NCBI GenBank assembly: GCA_964016885.1
Contig: OZ024742.1
Location: forward strand, 43,152,001 to 43,216,000
Direction: 5' to 3'
Length of the DNA stretch: 64,000 bases
Source: Eledone cirrhosa
Taxonomy: Eukaryota
The translations under genes and the position numbers were made by a program. A model generated the notes under the pieces. It ran no database searches. It was not told the DNA's origin and saw only the letters and a program-made list of their open reading frames with translations. Of the stretch, positions 1-11,501 are shown one piece after another; the first letter of the stretch is position 1; each line of letters begins with the position of its first letter.

Positions 1-590
1 AGTTGCAGCAGGTGCCTCTGGCCATTCAGTCCATGGGGCACTGCTCAGGTAGGGTTCTCGCCACTGCTAACAAAATGAGTGAGGAGCTTGGCTGTCGGGA
101 TCTCCAGGTCAATAGCTCCAAATGTGAGCTTTGGATCCTGAACCATCTGGCTTCTCAACATCAACAGACAATTGACCTGTTTGCAGAGTCCTTCCCTTCC
201 ATTGTGGTCCCTCCCCCATCGGGTTGGTGCTCCTTAGGAGCCCCAATTACAGACCTTGACTTCAAGCCAATCTTCCTATCAAAGATGGTTGGGCTTGAGC
301 AATTGTTGAAGAATATTGAAGCAATTCAAGCCCCATCAAGGTTTTTTCATGCTCAGAAACTACATTTCAATTCCCAAGCATCTATATATGCTCAGGGTCA
401 GCCCATCTCACAGATTTTCGTCATGCCTCCAACACTACATGCTTATGTGTTTTATTTTCCCTTTCTTTCCCTTTCCTTAGTATATATTATATTTGTATGA
501 GTTTTTGTTTTGTGTAAGCATTATATTATTATATTTTTTATACAATTGTATTTATTATATGCGTTTATATTTTCATTCTGAAACAATTGC
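1..590 (+). mobile_element. CRE-like non-LTR retrotransposon fragment (RT region, then AT-rich 3' UTR-like tail)
   Basis: ORF 3..500 (LATANKMSEELGCRDLQVNSSKCELWILNH...SLGAPITDL) is near-identical to the CRE-like RT at 15560-15930; the tail resembles 19100-19262. Confidence 0.75.
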
Positions 591-719
591 AAACAATTTG
601 TAATATTATTTTTTGTAATTTAAATTTTACGCGAATTAAAATATATTCACGAATTTTATTCACAGTTGCATAAATAATATTACAAATTGCTCACAATTCT
701 TTCGGAATAACATTACAAA

Positions 720-912
720 TATAATTGTTTCTACTTTTGGCACAAGACCAGCAATTACGCAGTACATTACTGGTACTTTATTTTATCGATCCCATAAGGA
801 TGAAAGGCAAAGTTAACCTCGGCGGGATTTGAACTCAGACCATAAAGGGTCGTAACTCTTTGCTGCAAAGCATGGCGTCCAACCCTCTACCGATACTGCC
901 AATCCACTGCCC
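720..912 (-). mobile_element. tRNA-derived SINE (Meta-domain-like core)
   Basis: Minus strand has a tRNA-like head (TGGCAGTATCGG...GAGTTCAAATCCC) followed by core GTTAACTTTGCCTTTCATCC...GATAAAATAAAGTACCAG; many other copies in the window. Confidence 0.8.
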
Positions 913-914
913 TT

Positions 915-1850
915 CATCTCCTTATAATATATAACCAGCAATTTCTCTGTCTGTCTGTCCGACAGTGGAAACACGTGCGCGCGTGCGAATGTTTTTTGCG
1001 CACACGTAGAGAGAGAGTGAGAGTGAAAGAAAGAGACAGACTACGAGAGGGGGAGGGAGAGAGAGAGAGTGAATAGACGCTAAAACACGTGCGCGCGTGC
1101 GAATGTTTTTTGCGCACGCGTAGAGAGAGAGTGAGGGTGAGAGAAAGAGACAGACTACAAGAGGGGGATAGCGGGAGAGAGACGCTGGAAAAGGGGAAGG
1201 AAAGCTATGTCTTGCTGTCTGCATTACGATACATATACACACACACACACACTGATCGCGTCATAATGACGTAATGCAGACAGCCAGACATACAGACAGA
1301 TATTATAAGGGCGCAACGTTATATCTATGTATCTATCTAAAAAGAAAGACTAAGACTTATAGAGAGAGATCGCTAAATCGCCTAATGCGGTCCCTAGAGC
1401 ATTGAAAATTTGAAATATGTTTTGCTCAAAACACTCACAGGTCCCTAAGTATTACATGTGTAAAGTTTGAAAACAATCGGTTGGGTGGTTCTCAAGTTTT
1501 AGTGAGCTGACAGACAGACAGACATTCTCTGTTTTAGATATATAGACTAGCAGAAAACCGCCCACGAGTGGTTTTCTGCTAGTCTCTATATATATAAAAC
1601 GGTAGATGTCTGTCTGTGTGTGTGTATGATTTTTATGCATTTCCACATTTCTCTACCGATGTAGATGATTTTTTTCCAATGTGCTCCAAATTTACCAAGT
1701 CAGGTCAACGCGTAATAATTTTTGCCAAAAATGTCCTGCTTCTATAAAAAAAAAAAAATCAATAAATCTAAATACATGCTGTAACCCTCTCTCTTACACA
1801 CTTCATTCCTCTCACTACTACCATCAAAAATCTATGAAACTACATGTTGC
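915..1850. mobile_element. Cluster of non-autonomous Helitron-like elements
   Basis: TC-TATATA...AAAAC...GTCTGTCTGT 5' ends at ~917(+), ~1545(-) and ~1583(+); CTAG ends; internal ~90 bp duplication 972-1060/1085-1170. Confidence 0.55.
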
Positions 1851-1854
1851 AACT

Positions 1855-2225
1855 CTCTCTCTATATATATATCACACACACACACACACACACACATTTA
1901 CATCTAAAGAGAGAAAAGGAGATGTAGAGAGAGAGAGAGTGAGATAGGTCGTTATACAGAGAGAGGTACAAGATAATCAGACAGAGAGAGAGAGAGAGAA
2001 TGGCGACGAACGCTGGTTCACACACACACACACACACACACACAAACAAACAGATATATATATATATATAAAGACAGAGAGAAAGTGACAGAGAGAGAGA
2101 GAGATCTGCGCGTTCTTTATTGTTCTCCATTCTGTAGAAGAAGAGAGAGAGAGAGGGGGGACATACACATACATATACATACGCACACACAAATACATAC
2201 ACACGCGTGCGTGTGTGTGTGTGTG
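1855..2225. repeat. Compound (CA)n/(GA)n/(TA)n microsatellite field
   Basis: Visible dinucleotide runs. Confidence 0.9.
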
Positions 2226-3130
2226 AACCTTATACATTTCTAGAGTATTTTCACCAAACTTAAGACATAGGTTACTTATGTACTCCGGATGGTCATGGGC
2301 ACTTTCATTTTTCCAGATATTGATTATAGGGCCTCCCGGCAGATAACCCCCTTCAAATATATCCGGCCAAAATGGCGACAAAGAAGGTCGCTTGACCACG
2401 TCTTGACCAAACAAAATATAATATTTTCACCAAAAACTGCCCTTTAAACACATGTCAGATGGATTACAATATTCATTATTACAATTACTTTGACTGTTCC
2501 CTGACAACTAGTACCAGTTTCAAGATAGAATTATCTTAACCAAGTATATATAATTTGACTTGATTTTCGCCAACAAACCACGTGTGGACATGGACGGGGA
2601 AAAAGGAAAAAACCAAATCACTACATCTCTTAAGGATCGCAGTAAGTACTCCACAAAACATATAAACAACAATATACACACAGATTTATATACAGAAATA
2701 TACCATATGCATATACACACACGTGAAAAGAAACCACACTATTTCGTGTGAGACACTATACCGGCCAATTTTACCAATTTACATTGGTAAAATATTTCTG
2801 AACATTGACTTCGCTTCTAACCCACATACACCTTTTAATTATATATATATATATACTAGCAGCTGAAAGTTAATAATTTGAAAAAAATATTATTGAAAGA
2901 AGCAGTATCAGGAAAAAAAAACGTTATTTCGCTGTTAATAAACAATTGCCTTCTACAGTACGTTTCATTTAACTTACGCAGCATATTTATTTGTTTACAT
3001 GCACAGACTCTTCTGTACACACACAACATTTAGGAAAACGGAAACAAAATACACAAAAAAACAGACATTTTATTTCTATCGTAATCAAGTGTGCTAAACC
3101 TATATTGTTTACATTCTGTGTTTTTCTACG

Positions 3131-4325
3131 GATGGGCAGAAATAACAAAATTGCCATGGTGATATCCATCGATGAAGTATGCGACAAAACTGGTCGATGT
3201 TCCAAAATAGAACATTGCCCAGAAGATCACACCTGCCATATCTGTACGGAACCCGAAAACTCGTTCCGTAATTGCTGGGTCGAATGTGGAACCTGCCGGA
3301 TCTCTGTCTGCCTTCAATGCGCCACAGGCTTCCGGAAGATCCCAGGCCAAAATAAGAAACATCATATTGCTACGATGGATAGACTCTGGGAGATGGTCCA
3401 GCTAACAAACTGGTCCTTTCAGTGCCTGGACTGTATGCCTGCTTCTCCCATTGCTGCGGAACAACAAAGACCGTGTCTGCTACCATTGTTCCCGAACAAC
3501 AACAACAAAACCCGAGGATCGTGTCTTCCTCTACCATTGTTCCTGAACAACAGCAAAAACCAACGACCGTAGCTTCTGCTACTACCCCCGTTGAAGGACT
3601 TCAACAACAGCAACCCATGTCTTCCTCACCCGTTACTTTTCAACAACAACAACCGACGACTGTGTCTTCTACCATGCCTGTTGAAGGAGAAGAACAACAA
3701 CAAAAACCGACCGTCAATACGGAGTTTGAGGAAATACGGCAAATGATTTCCGCTTTAAGTCAAGAAATAGCGGAAATAAAATCAAGCGTTCGTGTAGAAC
3801 CCCACAATGAGAAAAAATCTCCGCGTACCTCATGTTGAACCTAGACGCATTGAGAATGCCACTGAATCTGCAAACCACGAAGTGATCGCCATTGGTGTGC
3901 CGGAAGACATAGTTGATCTTCAGGCATTTGCTGCCAGTTCATCCAAAGACCTGGGCTGTGCTCCCGCAAAGGGTGCTCTACGCCTTGGCCGACCAGGCCC
4001 GAAACCCAGGTTAATTAGACTGTCGTTTTCAAACTCAACTGAGGCACGTTCATACCTTGTATCCTCTGATAAAGCTAGGCGTGAAAGTCGGATTGCTTTC
4101 CGAACACGCCCTGGTCTTCCACCTGATGTCCGCCCAAAGTTGCGTGCTGCAGCTTCCTTAAACCGCATCTCGGCAGAACATGAAAGCTTCAGCCTACGAG
4201 ATGATGGGCAGATATGGAAGTTTGTTAAGGCTGGCGAATCATGGAAAAGAGACACCAGCTGGTCTGAAAACACTGTACCCACAACAACTGACAATAAAGA
4301 AACTGAAAAAACTCTGGGAAACTAA
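3131..4325 (+). pseudogene. CR1 ORF1 (PHD-like finger, Q/T-rich repeats, coiled coil, RLGRP..PRLIRLSF motif), broken by two frameshifts
   Basis: Three overlapping ORFs (2991..3572, 3422..3838, 3807..4325) join into a typical CR1 ORF1. Confidence 0.75.
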
Positions 4326-4381
4326 ATCAGTACAACCTGCCATCCCCTGCACATAATCATAGACTGGAATCAAGGTACAAA

Positions 4382-7144
4382 TTGTTGTCCTTGAATGCAC
4401 GTAGTCTATGCAATAACATTCATCTTTTTGACTCCTACGTCAAAAGTATCAACCCGGACTTCATTACAGGCACGGAAACTTGGGCACATCCCTTACTCTG
4501 TGATGGGGTTTTCAGCATGACTGGCTACAACCTGTTTCGTAAAGACCGCATTAATCGTCGTGGTGGTGGTGTAATGGTCTACGTTCGGTCAAATCTGTCG
4601 GCAATTCCTTGTGCTGATTTGAACCAATCACAGCAGGAAATTTTTTTCTGCGATATACGTATGACCATGTCAACACTGCTACTTGGAGTCGTTTACCGTC
4701 CCCCAAATTACCATCAGGACACTCAACTTTGTGATATCCTCAGAGCTGCTGCCAGGAAAACAGCCACTTATGTTTTCATTGCAGGTGACTTCAATCACCC
4801 TGAGATTGACTGGGAGACCTTTCGTTGGCCGCCAAGTGCCAATGACTTCCTTGAGCTGATGCTGGACTCGAGTTGGTCCCAGGTGGTCACCTCCTCAACG
4901 AGAGGTGACAACACTTTGGACCTACTCTTCACCACTACTCCTGAAACGGTCATTAGTGTTACTGCTGAGGAACATTTAGGTGACTCTGATCATGCTATGA
5001 TCATTGCCAATCTATCCCTCATGGGCAGTAACAAGAACCACAACAATCTCCAAACTGCTCACTTTGACTGGAATAAAGCAGACTGGAACTGTTACTGCAC
5101 CGAGTTCCAACGGCCAAACTGGCTTGAGTTCTACGACTCTGGAGATGTCAACACTGTACTCCAGAACATCCAGAGCTCAATATGGACAGCATGTGCAGCA
5201 TCGGTGCCACGTAAGCGGAAAAAACATCCCAAAAGCGCAATTTGGGAGACTGCAGCAGTCCATCTTGCCAGAAAAGAATGGCGCAATACTAAACGTGAGT
5301 ACAAACTTCACAAATCAGACATTAATAGGAAAAAGCGAAATAGATCGTCCAACCACCTCAAACAGGTGACAAAAAAGGCAGTGCTTCAATTTGAGCAGCG
5401 CATAGCAACCAGCCCTGACAGTAAGGTGTTCTGGAAGTATGTTCACTCAAAGCAGAGGCCTCACTCTCCAGTTGGTCCTCTTCGCAATCTCCACACAAGC
5501 CAGGTTACTGACGACTCCAAGGAATGCGCAGAGCTCATTGCTGAATGCTATGCAGGCATTTTCACTATTGAAGACCAGAGTGTACCATCTTCACCACCTA
5601 TGACACCGGACTCTATTACAACCATGGAATTTACACCTGCAATGCTGCGACGTCACCTAAAAAATAAACGCAACCATGCCTCTCCTGGTCTTGATGGTGT
5701 TACGTACCTGCTTCTTAAACGTGGTGGGTACTTCCTTCTACACCAGTTATCACGCTTCTTCCAATTCTGTCCGAACAACAGTGCTACTCCAGAACAGTGG
5801 AAAACTGCCAGTGTCATTCCTCTGTTCAAAAAGGGTGACCGCACATCACCTGTGAACTATCGTCCAGTCAGTCTTACTAGTTGCATCGCCAAACTGATGG
5901 AATCCTGTGTCAGAGAAACACTTTGGAACTTCTGGAGCTCTCACAGTCTTATCCGGCCCTCGCAATTTGGATTTATCCCCAACTCCAGCTGCTGTGATCA
6001 ACTTATAGAGTTTCTTGAGGACATCACCCGGATCACTGATGGCGGCTCATGCATGGATGTTGTTTACCTTGACTTTGCGAAGGCCTTCAATTCTGTGCCA
6101 CACAAAAGGCTTATGGCAAAACTCTCTGCAATGGGTGTGAAGGATGATCTTTTTAACTGGTTGAAGTCCTTCATTCTCACTCGAAGAGAGGTAGTCACGG
6201 TTCTGGGACAGCATTCCTCACCATATGAGATGTCATCTGGTGTACCACAGGGATCTGTTCTTGGCCCCCTTTTGTTTGTAGCATATATTAATGACATAGA
6301 TGCCAACTTAAGGAATACCACAGTACTAAAGTACGCAGACGACATCAAGCTGTACCTTGAGATAAAAAGGACAGATCCTGAACACTATAGATCTTGCTTG
6401 CAGTCTGACCTGGACACAATGCAACAATGGATCTCAGACTGGCAACTCAAGCTAGCTGTGGACAAGTGCACCACCATGCATTTTGGGAGTAAAAACCCAG
6501 CGTCCACATACTCCCTCCACAGCACTAATATCAAGAAGTCTTCCTGTGAACGTGACCTGGGCATTACGGTCAGCAGCGATTTGCGTTGGACGAGGCACGT
6601 CTCTAAAATTGTCAAGAGGGCCGAGGGTGTCTTAGCATCACTCAGCAAGACCTTTGTCAGCCGCTCTCCAGATATCTATTTAAGGCTGTATACAGTTATG
6701 GTGCGACCACACTTAGAATTTGCATCACCAGTCTGGAACCCCTATCTTGCTCAGGACATTGACCGCCTGGAAACTGTTCAGAGACGTGCAACCAAGCGAA
6801 TCCCCTCCATCAGGCATCTACCATACTCTGAACGCCTTGCTTCCCTGGGCATGGATTCATTGAAGCTCCGACGCCTGGCAACTAACTTGGTAAACACCCA
6901 CAAAATTGTTAACCATGTTGCCAACAACAACCCTGAGTACCTTTTTGATTTCCATGTGTCTAACACACGTGGACATGCCCACAAAGAAAGAAAACAGCAC
7001 AGTTCCCATGACTTTCGGAAACATTTTTTCACGCTCAGAGTTGCTGAAGCATGGAACAAACTACCTGCATCAGTTGTTAGCTGTCGAGACACTGCATCCT
7101 TTAAGGCCTCCATGCTTCCCGAGATCCGCCAACACTACAGCTAA
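4382..7144 (+). CDS. CR1 ORF2, apurinic endonuclease + reverse transcriptase (920 aa open, non-ATG start)
   Basis: APE motifs SLNARSL, TETW, GDFN, SDH; RT motifs NYRPVSL, DFAKAF, GVPQGSVLGP, YADD; CR1-type C-terminus TRGH...FFTLRV..WN.LP. Confidence 0.9.
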   Translation: MLSLNARSLCNNIHLFDSYVKSINPDFITGTETWAHPLLCDGVFSMTGYNLFRKDRINRRGGGVMVYVRSNLSAIPCADLNQSQQEIFFCDIRMTMSTLLLGVVYRPPNYHQDTQLCDILRAAARKTATYVFIAGDFNHPEIDWETFRWPPSANDFLELMLDSSWSQVVTSSTRGDNTLDLLFTTTPETVISVTAEEHLGDSDHAMIIANLSLMGSNKNHNNLQTAHFDWNKADWNCYCTEFQRPNWLEFYDSGDVNTVLQNIQSSIWTACAASVPRKRKKHPKSAIWETAAVHLARKEWRNTKREYKLHKSDINRKKRNRSSNHLKQVTKKAVLQFEQRIATSPDSKVFWKYVHSKQRPHSPVGPLRNLHTSQVTDDSKECAELIAECYAGIFTIEDQSVPSSPPMTPDSITTMEFTPAMLRRHLKNKRNHASPGLDGVTYLLLKRGGYFLLHQLSRFFQFCPNNSATPEQWKTASVIPLFKKGDRTSPVNYRPVSLTSCIAKLMESCVRETLWNFWSSHSLIRPSQFGFIPNSSCCDQLIEFLEDITRITDGGSCMDVVYLDFAKAFNSVPHKRLMAKLSAMGVKDDLFNWLKSFILTRREVVTVLGQHSSPYEMSSGVPQGSVLGPLLFVAYINDIDANLRNTTVLKYADDIKLYLEIKRTDPEHYRSCLQSDLDTMQQWISDWQLKLAVDKCTTMHFGSKNPASTYSLHSTNIKKSSCERDLGITVSSDLRWTRHVSKIVKRAEGVLASLSKTFVSRSPDIYLRLYTVMVRPHLEFASPVWNPYLAQDIDRLETVQRRATKRIPSIRHLPYSERLASLGMDSLKLRRLATNLVNTHKIVNHVANNNPEYLFDFHVSNTRGHAHKERKQHSSHDFRKHFFTLRVAEAWNKLPASVVSCRDTASFKASMLPEIRQHYS

Positions 7145-7183
7145 CATACACACATGTACTTCCCTGACATTTGTGTATTATTC

Positions 7184-7251
7184 TCGATAAAATAAAGTAC
7201 CAGTAATGCACTGGGTAATTGCTGGCCTTGTGCCTAAAGTAGAAATAATTA
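7184..7251 (+). mobile_element. 5'-truncated SINE fragment inserted in the CR1 3' UTR
   Basis: GATAAAATAAAGTACCAGTAATGCACTGG...GGCCTTGTGCCTAAAGTAGAAATAATT, with ATTATTCTC on both sides. Confidence 0.7.
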
Positions 7252-7522
7252 TTCTCTGTACTATATTGACGAGTTGTAGTGCACCTGAGCACTTTACACA
7301 ATAATTTCATTATTATTATTATTTTTAACCACTTCTTTGGAGTCGACTGAAGCACTGCAGTGCAATGCAACAAAACGTCATAACTTCTGGAGTTCGCAAC
7401 CGATTTTCACAAAACTTGACACATGGGCTACGTTTGTTCTACAGATGAATGTGTAAGGAACTTAACATTGTAACTTTAACACAGCTACTGAGCAGCCCCG
7501 AGCAACGCCGGGCTTTACTGCT

Positions 7523-7800
7523 ATAGGCGATAAAGTTGTGCAGACAGACAGTCGTGCAGAGAGGTGATATAGGCGATAAAATTGTGCAGACAGAGTCGTG
7601 CAGAGAGGTGATATAGGCGATAAAGTTGTGCAGACAGACAGTCGGGCTGATAGACAATGGAGGCATGCAGACTGACAGTCGTGCAGAGAGGTGATATAGG
7701 CGATAAAGTTGTGCAGACAGAGAGTCGTGCAGAGAGGTGATATAGGCGATAAAGTTGTGCAGACAGACAGTCGTACAGAGAGGTGATAGGCGATAAAATT
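7523..7800. repeat. Tandem minisatellite, ~42-46 bp unit, ~6 copies
   Basis: Unit GTGATATAGGCGATAAAGTTGTGCAGACAGACAGTCGTGCAGAGAG; it follows a Helitron-type 3' end (7455-7523) that recurs at 8458-8518. Confidence 0.85.
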
Positions 7801-7957
7801 GCATTTTTTTTTTTTTTTCATGTCCATCCAATTTCTTTGTTTCAAAATAACTGTTATTTTGGTTACGCTGATGTTTTTCTCTGAGACAAGTGTTGCAGTG
7901 TTTACATTTTCGATTTTTGTTAATAGATGTTAAAATAATTAAAAAAATATTTTTAAA

Positions 7958-8296
7958 AATACACACCCGTCCCACTACCCCCACCCCATCCACACCACCC
8001 CTTTCGATGTAAAGTTATGTTGGTACCACAACATCCAGTCCGAAACAAATGAGGTCGTGTAGGTGTCACGACAAAAAAACACACAGTCCACGCTGTAATG
8101 TGGCCGTGTAGGTAACACGGTAAAAACCTCCCAGTCCACACTAAACGTGGTTGGTGTTAGGAAGGGCATCCAGCCGTAGAAAACCCGCCAGACAGTCCTA
8201 TACGAGCGAGACAACCAATCTTGCCTCAAGTGGGAAAATTCCCGTCCAAACCCATGCAAGCGTGGAAGATGGATGTTAAACGATGATGATGATGAT
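7958..8296 (+). mobile_element. RTE 3' UTR / RTE-tailed SINE ending in (GAT)n
   Basis: GTGGTTGGTGTTAGGAAGGGCATCCAGCCGTAGAAAACC...GTTAAACGATGATGAT; the same sequence forms the 3' UTR of the RTE at 40125-40510. Other copies near 46815, 50470, 50725, 55790, 59770. Confidence 0.8.
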
Positions 8297-9224
8297 TACC
8301 AGTGCAGTTTTTATCCCCAGCATCCTCTTTTGTTTTAATATTCGAGTTGTGGTTGTGTTTTCTTAACTTCATAAGGCATACTGTTGGTTGAGGGAATATT
8401 AATCAAAAGTACCACATGAAAGTCTACATTGTAGACTCTACAGTTTTTAAGCCAAGAAAGGAACTTAACATTGTAACTTTAACACAGCTACTGAGCAGCC
8501 CCGAGCTTTACTGCTAGTTACAAATATAATGTTGATAAGCACAAATATAAATAAGTTGGACTTTGGTTAATGCAACTAATAAGGTGTACGTGTGTATAGA
8601 TAGATAATATAGAGATAAAATATAGTAGTGTTATTTCTAGTAGGTTTTGTGCTCCCAACGTGCTCTCTTATCGGCCTGTGTGTATAGATAGATATATGAG
8701 CTAACCACTACATTGTCATGCAAGTTGACAGAAACAGCAACCAAAACCCTATTAAATCCACTCATATCATACAACCCACTTTCTTTTTTTTAATGGACAC
8801 ATTAAATAAAGTAATTATCGACTGTATGTCTGAATAAAAGACGGGATTGTTACGGTTATGTCATTGATCATGTCTACTGGATTCGGACTGAACTGGAGGT
8901 GATTAAAAAAGGTGACGGGAATACAGGAAAGGAGCGAAACCGTTACTATTTAGTGTTCAGGAGTCCCTATTACAGTTATAGTGTTGTGGGAATGTCAAAC
9001 ATTTTTAATTACGAGAATATGATTTATTCACGATTGTATAAATAACTTTACATATTATTTATAATTCTTACAAGACGAAAATAGACATACAAATAATAAA
9101 TACAATATTTAATTACATAAATATTTCACATACAAATATAAAATAAGAATGAGAGAAAATATTAATTCAACACCAAGTAATGTGTATAGATTAGTCACGC
9201 ACCAAAATGTAAACCGGAACCTTT

Positions 9225-9490
9225 CTCACGGGTATCACCAGACACCTCGGTATGACGAGCCGCTAACGATGACAAGAACTTCGTTGTCAGCGGCCCATCT
9301 CCCCCAAACGTTTCTAAGGTCACAGGCTGGAAAAAACAGTTTGTCGCTAATTCCCGGTATTTTTAAATTTTATTCCGTTGGGCTACGGAATCAGTAACCC
9401 TCACATTCACCGCAGCATGCAGGATATAGGAAGAAGCAAAAGAATCAATAACCATGACATCCAAAATAAGATATCTACCTCTTACCGGAA
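9225..9490 (-). mobile_element. CRE-like LINE C-terminal (restriction-like endonuclease) fragment
   Basis: Manual translation RGRYLILDVMVIDSFASSY...KYRELATNCFFQPVTLETFGGDGPLTTKFLSSLAAR...SGDTRE. Confidence 0.7.
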
Positions 9491-10152
9491 GGTTAATAAA
9501 CATAACATTTCAGCAACCTATACAATCGCTACCCCAATGATACGAGCTTGTAGTGAGACAAGTGTATTTTAAAAGTACTGGCCCTTAATTTGGCTTGTGT
9601 ACAATGTGAATTACACTTTTTTTTAATTGTTCTTTTTTGAGAGACTGTGTGTGTGTAATTTTTCTAATAGTTAATTATTAGTAACGATATTAAAAGGCTT
9701 ACCACAGCTACTTGAACCATTCTAAATGTTTAAGGCGGTGTTCGATCAGTGACTGTTAGACGCTTATAATAACCTCGGGTGTTGCTGACTTTGTGTACGT
9801 ACGTTTGGTCTAGACAATTATAACTTGCTTGATTGGTTGGTTATATAGTTAACGTTTGACCTACTACTATCTTTTCAGGTCACAACCAGTGTACGGGCGT
9901 AAAATTTTTCCGGTTAATCTGCTTAATTTTATATTAGTTATTAACAATAGTTATGTTTATAAAATTAAAGTGTACGCTACTAAATTCCAGTAAAAATTGT
10001 GTTTTACTGGAGTGGGGAGACGTTTATTTGGAATTGATAAATAAAATGTATTAGTTTCAAATTTCCATAAAATATTTCACCCACCCTATGTTGCAAATCA
10101 TAGCGTCTGAGCTTCTACTGATACTGTCAATCCACCGCCTTCTAGTATATAG

Positions 10153-10300
10153 AATAATTGTTTCTACTTTTAGCACAAGGCCCGCAATTACGCAGTGCAT
10201 TACTGGTACTTTATTTTATCGACCCCGTAAGGATGAAAGGCAAATTTAACCTCGGCGGGATTTGAACTCAGAATAGCAAGAGCCGTAACTCTATGCGTGA
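10153..10300 (-). mobile_element. SINE, same family as 720-912
   Basis: Shared core and 3' end. Confidence 0.8.
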
Positions 10301-10305
10301 AAGCA

Positions 10306-10780
10306 TTAGAATAATGTATAAATGTCAGGAAAGTGAACAGTGTATGAGTCATGATATATATGTGTACGTGTATATGGAGGAGGAATATCAGGTGTAGTGT
10401 TGGCGAATTTCAGGAAGCATGGAGGTTTTAAAGGATGCAGTGTCCCAACAGCTAACAACTGATGCAGGTAGTTTGTTCCTTGCTTCAGCAGCTCTGAGCA
10501 GGAAAAAATGTTTCCGAAAGTCATGGGAGCTGTGCTGTTTTCTGACTTTGTAAGCATGCCCACGTGTGTTAGACACATGGAATTCAAAAAGGTGCTCAGG
10601 GTTGTTGTTGGTTAATAATTTTGTGGGTGTTTACCCACGTCAGTTCCCAGACGTCGAAGCTCCAATGTTTCCATGCCCAGGGAAGCAAGGCGTTCAGAGT
10701 ATGGTAGATGCCTGATGGAGGGTATTCGCTTGGTTGCATGTCTCTGAACAGTTTCCAGGAGGTCAATGTTCTGAGCAAAA
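10306..10780 (-). mobile_element. CR1 3' fragment (same family as 2995-7325)
   Basis: SNTRGHAYKVRKQHSSHDFRKHFF...SMLPEIRQHY. Confidence 0.85.
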
Positions 10781-11501
10781 TACCAATGCAAATCTGCTAA
10801 CGCAATGAGTTAGTTTTCGAAGCCCCAAGTTTGAGCAGCGATTCAGCAATCCTGGAAAAGTAAAAACTACATAAGTGGATATAATTCAGATTAAGGGTCA
10901 GACCTGCATTTATTGAATTAATTTCTTCACAATTTAGCTGTTCATATTATAGACCACTTTGCCTGTGTTCAAATGTGGAACCACAGAAGCATCGCTATCA
11001 TAACCCTGGTACTTTTTCAGCGACACCACATGCTCAACGCATCGGCCAACAACTCGTATTCATCGACCAACGCGACACCCCACCAAAAGAGAAGAAATCG
11101 GTCATTTTTGTCTACGACCTCTCAACTACATGGTCTATTAATCAATTAACACTTTTTGCTTTCTCACCGTTTTTGCTTAAAAAAACAAAAAAAAACAACT
11201 TCATCCACTATCTTCAGTTAATTTCAAAATTCTTTCCTCAATTCCAACTTCTCTTCAATGTTCTAATATCTCACTGCCCTATTCTTGCACCTCTATAGAA
11301 TTAGCTATTTTAAATATTTACACACAACATCCATTTCTCACACTCTTCTCCCTGTATTTGGTACATAATTCTTTTGTTTTTCTTTTTCTTTACTTGTTCT
11401 CCTTACTTTCTCAGTCTCAATCTCCCTCTCCCCAATATTTCAATATCACATCTCTATCTTTGCTATGCTTTTACAATTTTTAAATTTACTGTGGATTCCC
11501 C

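Larger units (their letters stand above)
2995..7325 (+). mobile_element. Near full-length CR1-clade LINE
   Basis: ORF1 with PHD-type Cys finger, ORF2 with APE+RT, 3' UTR ending GTAGTGCACCTGAGCACTTTACACAATAATTTC(ATT)n; 5' boundary approximate. Confidence 0.9.

Noticed and set aside
7523-7800. CRISPR-like array
   Set aside because: Contiguous tandem units without unique spacers, eukaryotic context, no cas genes
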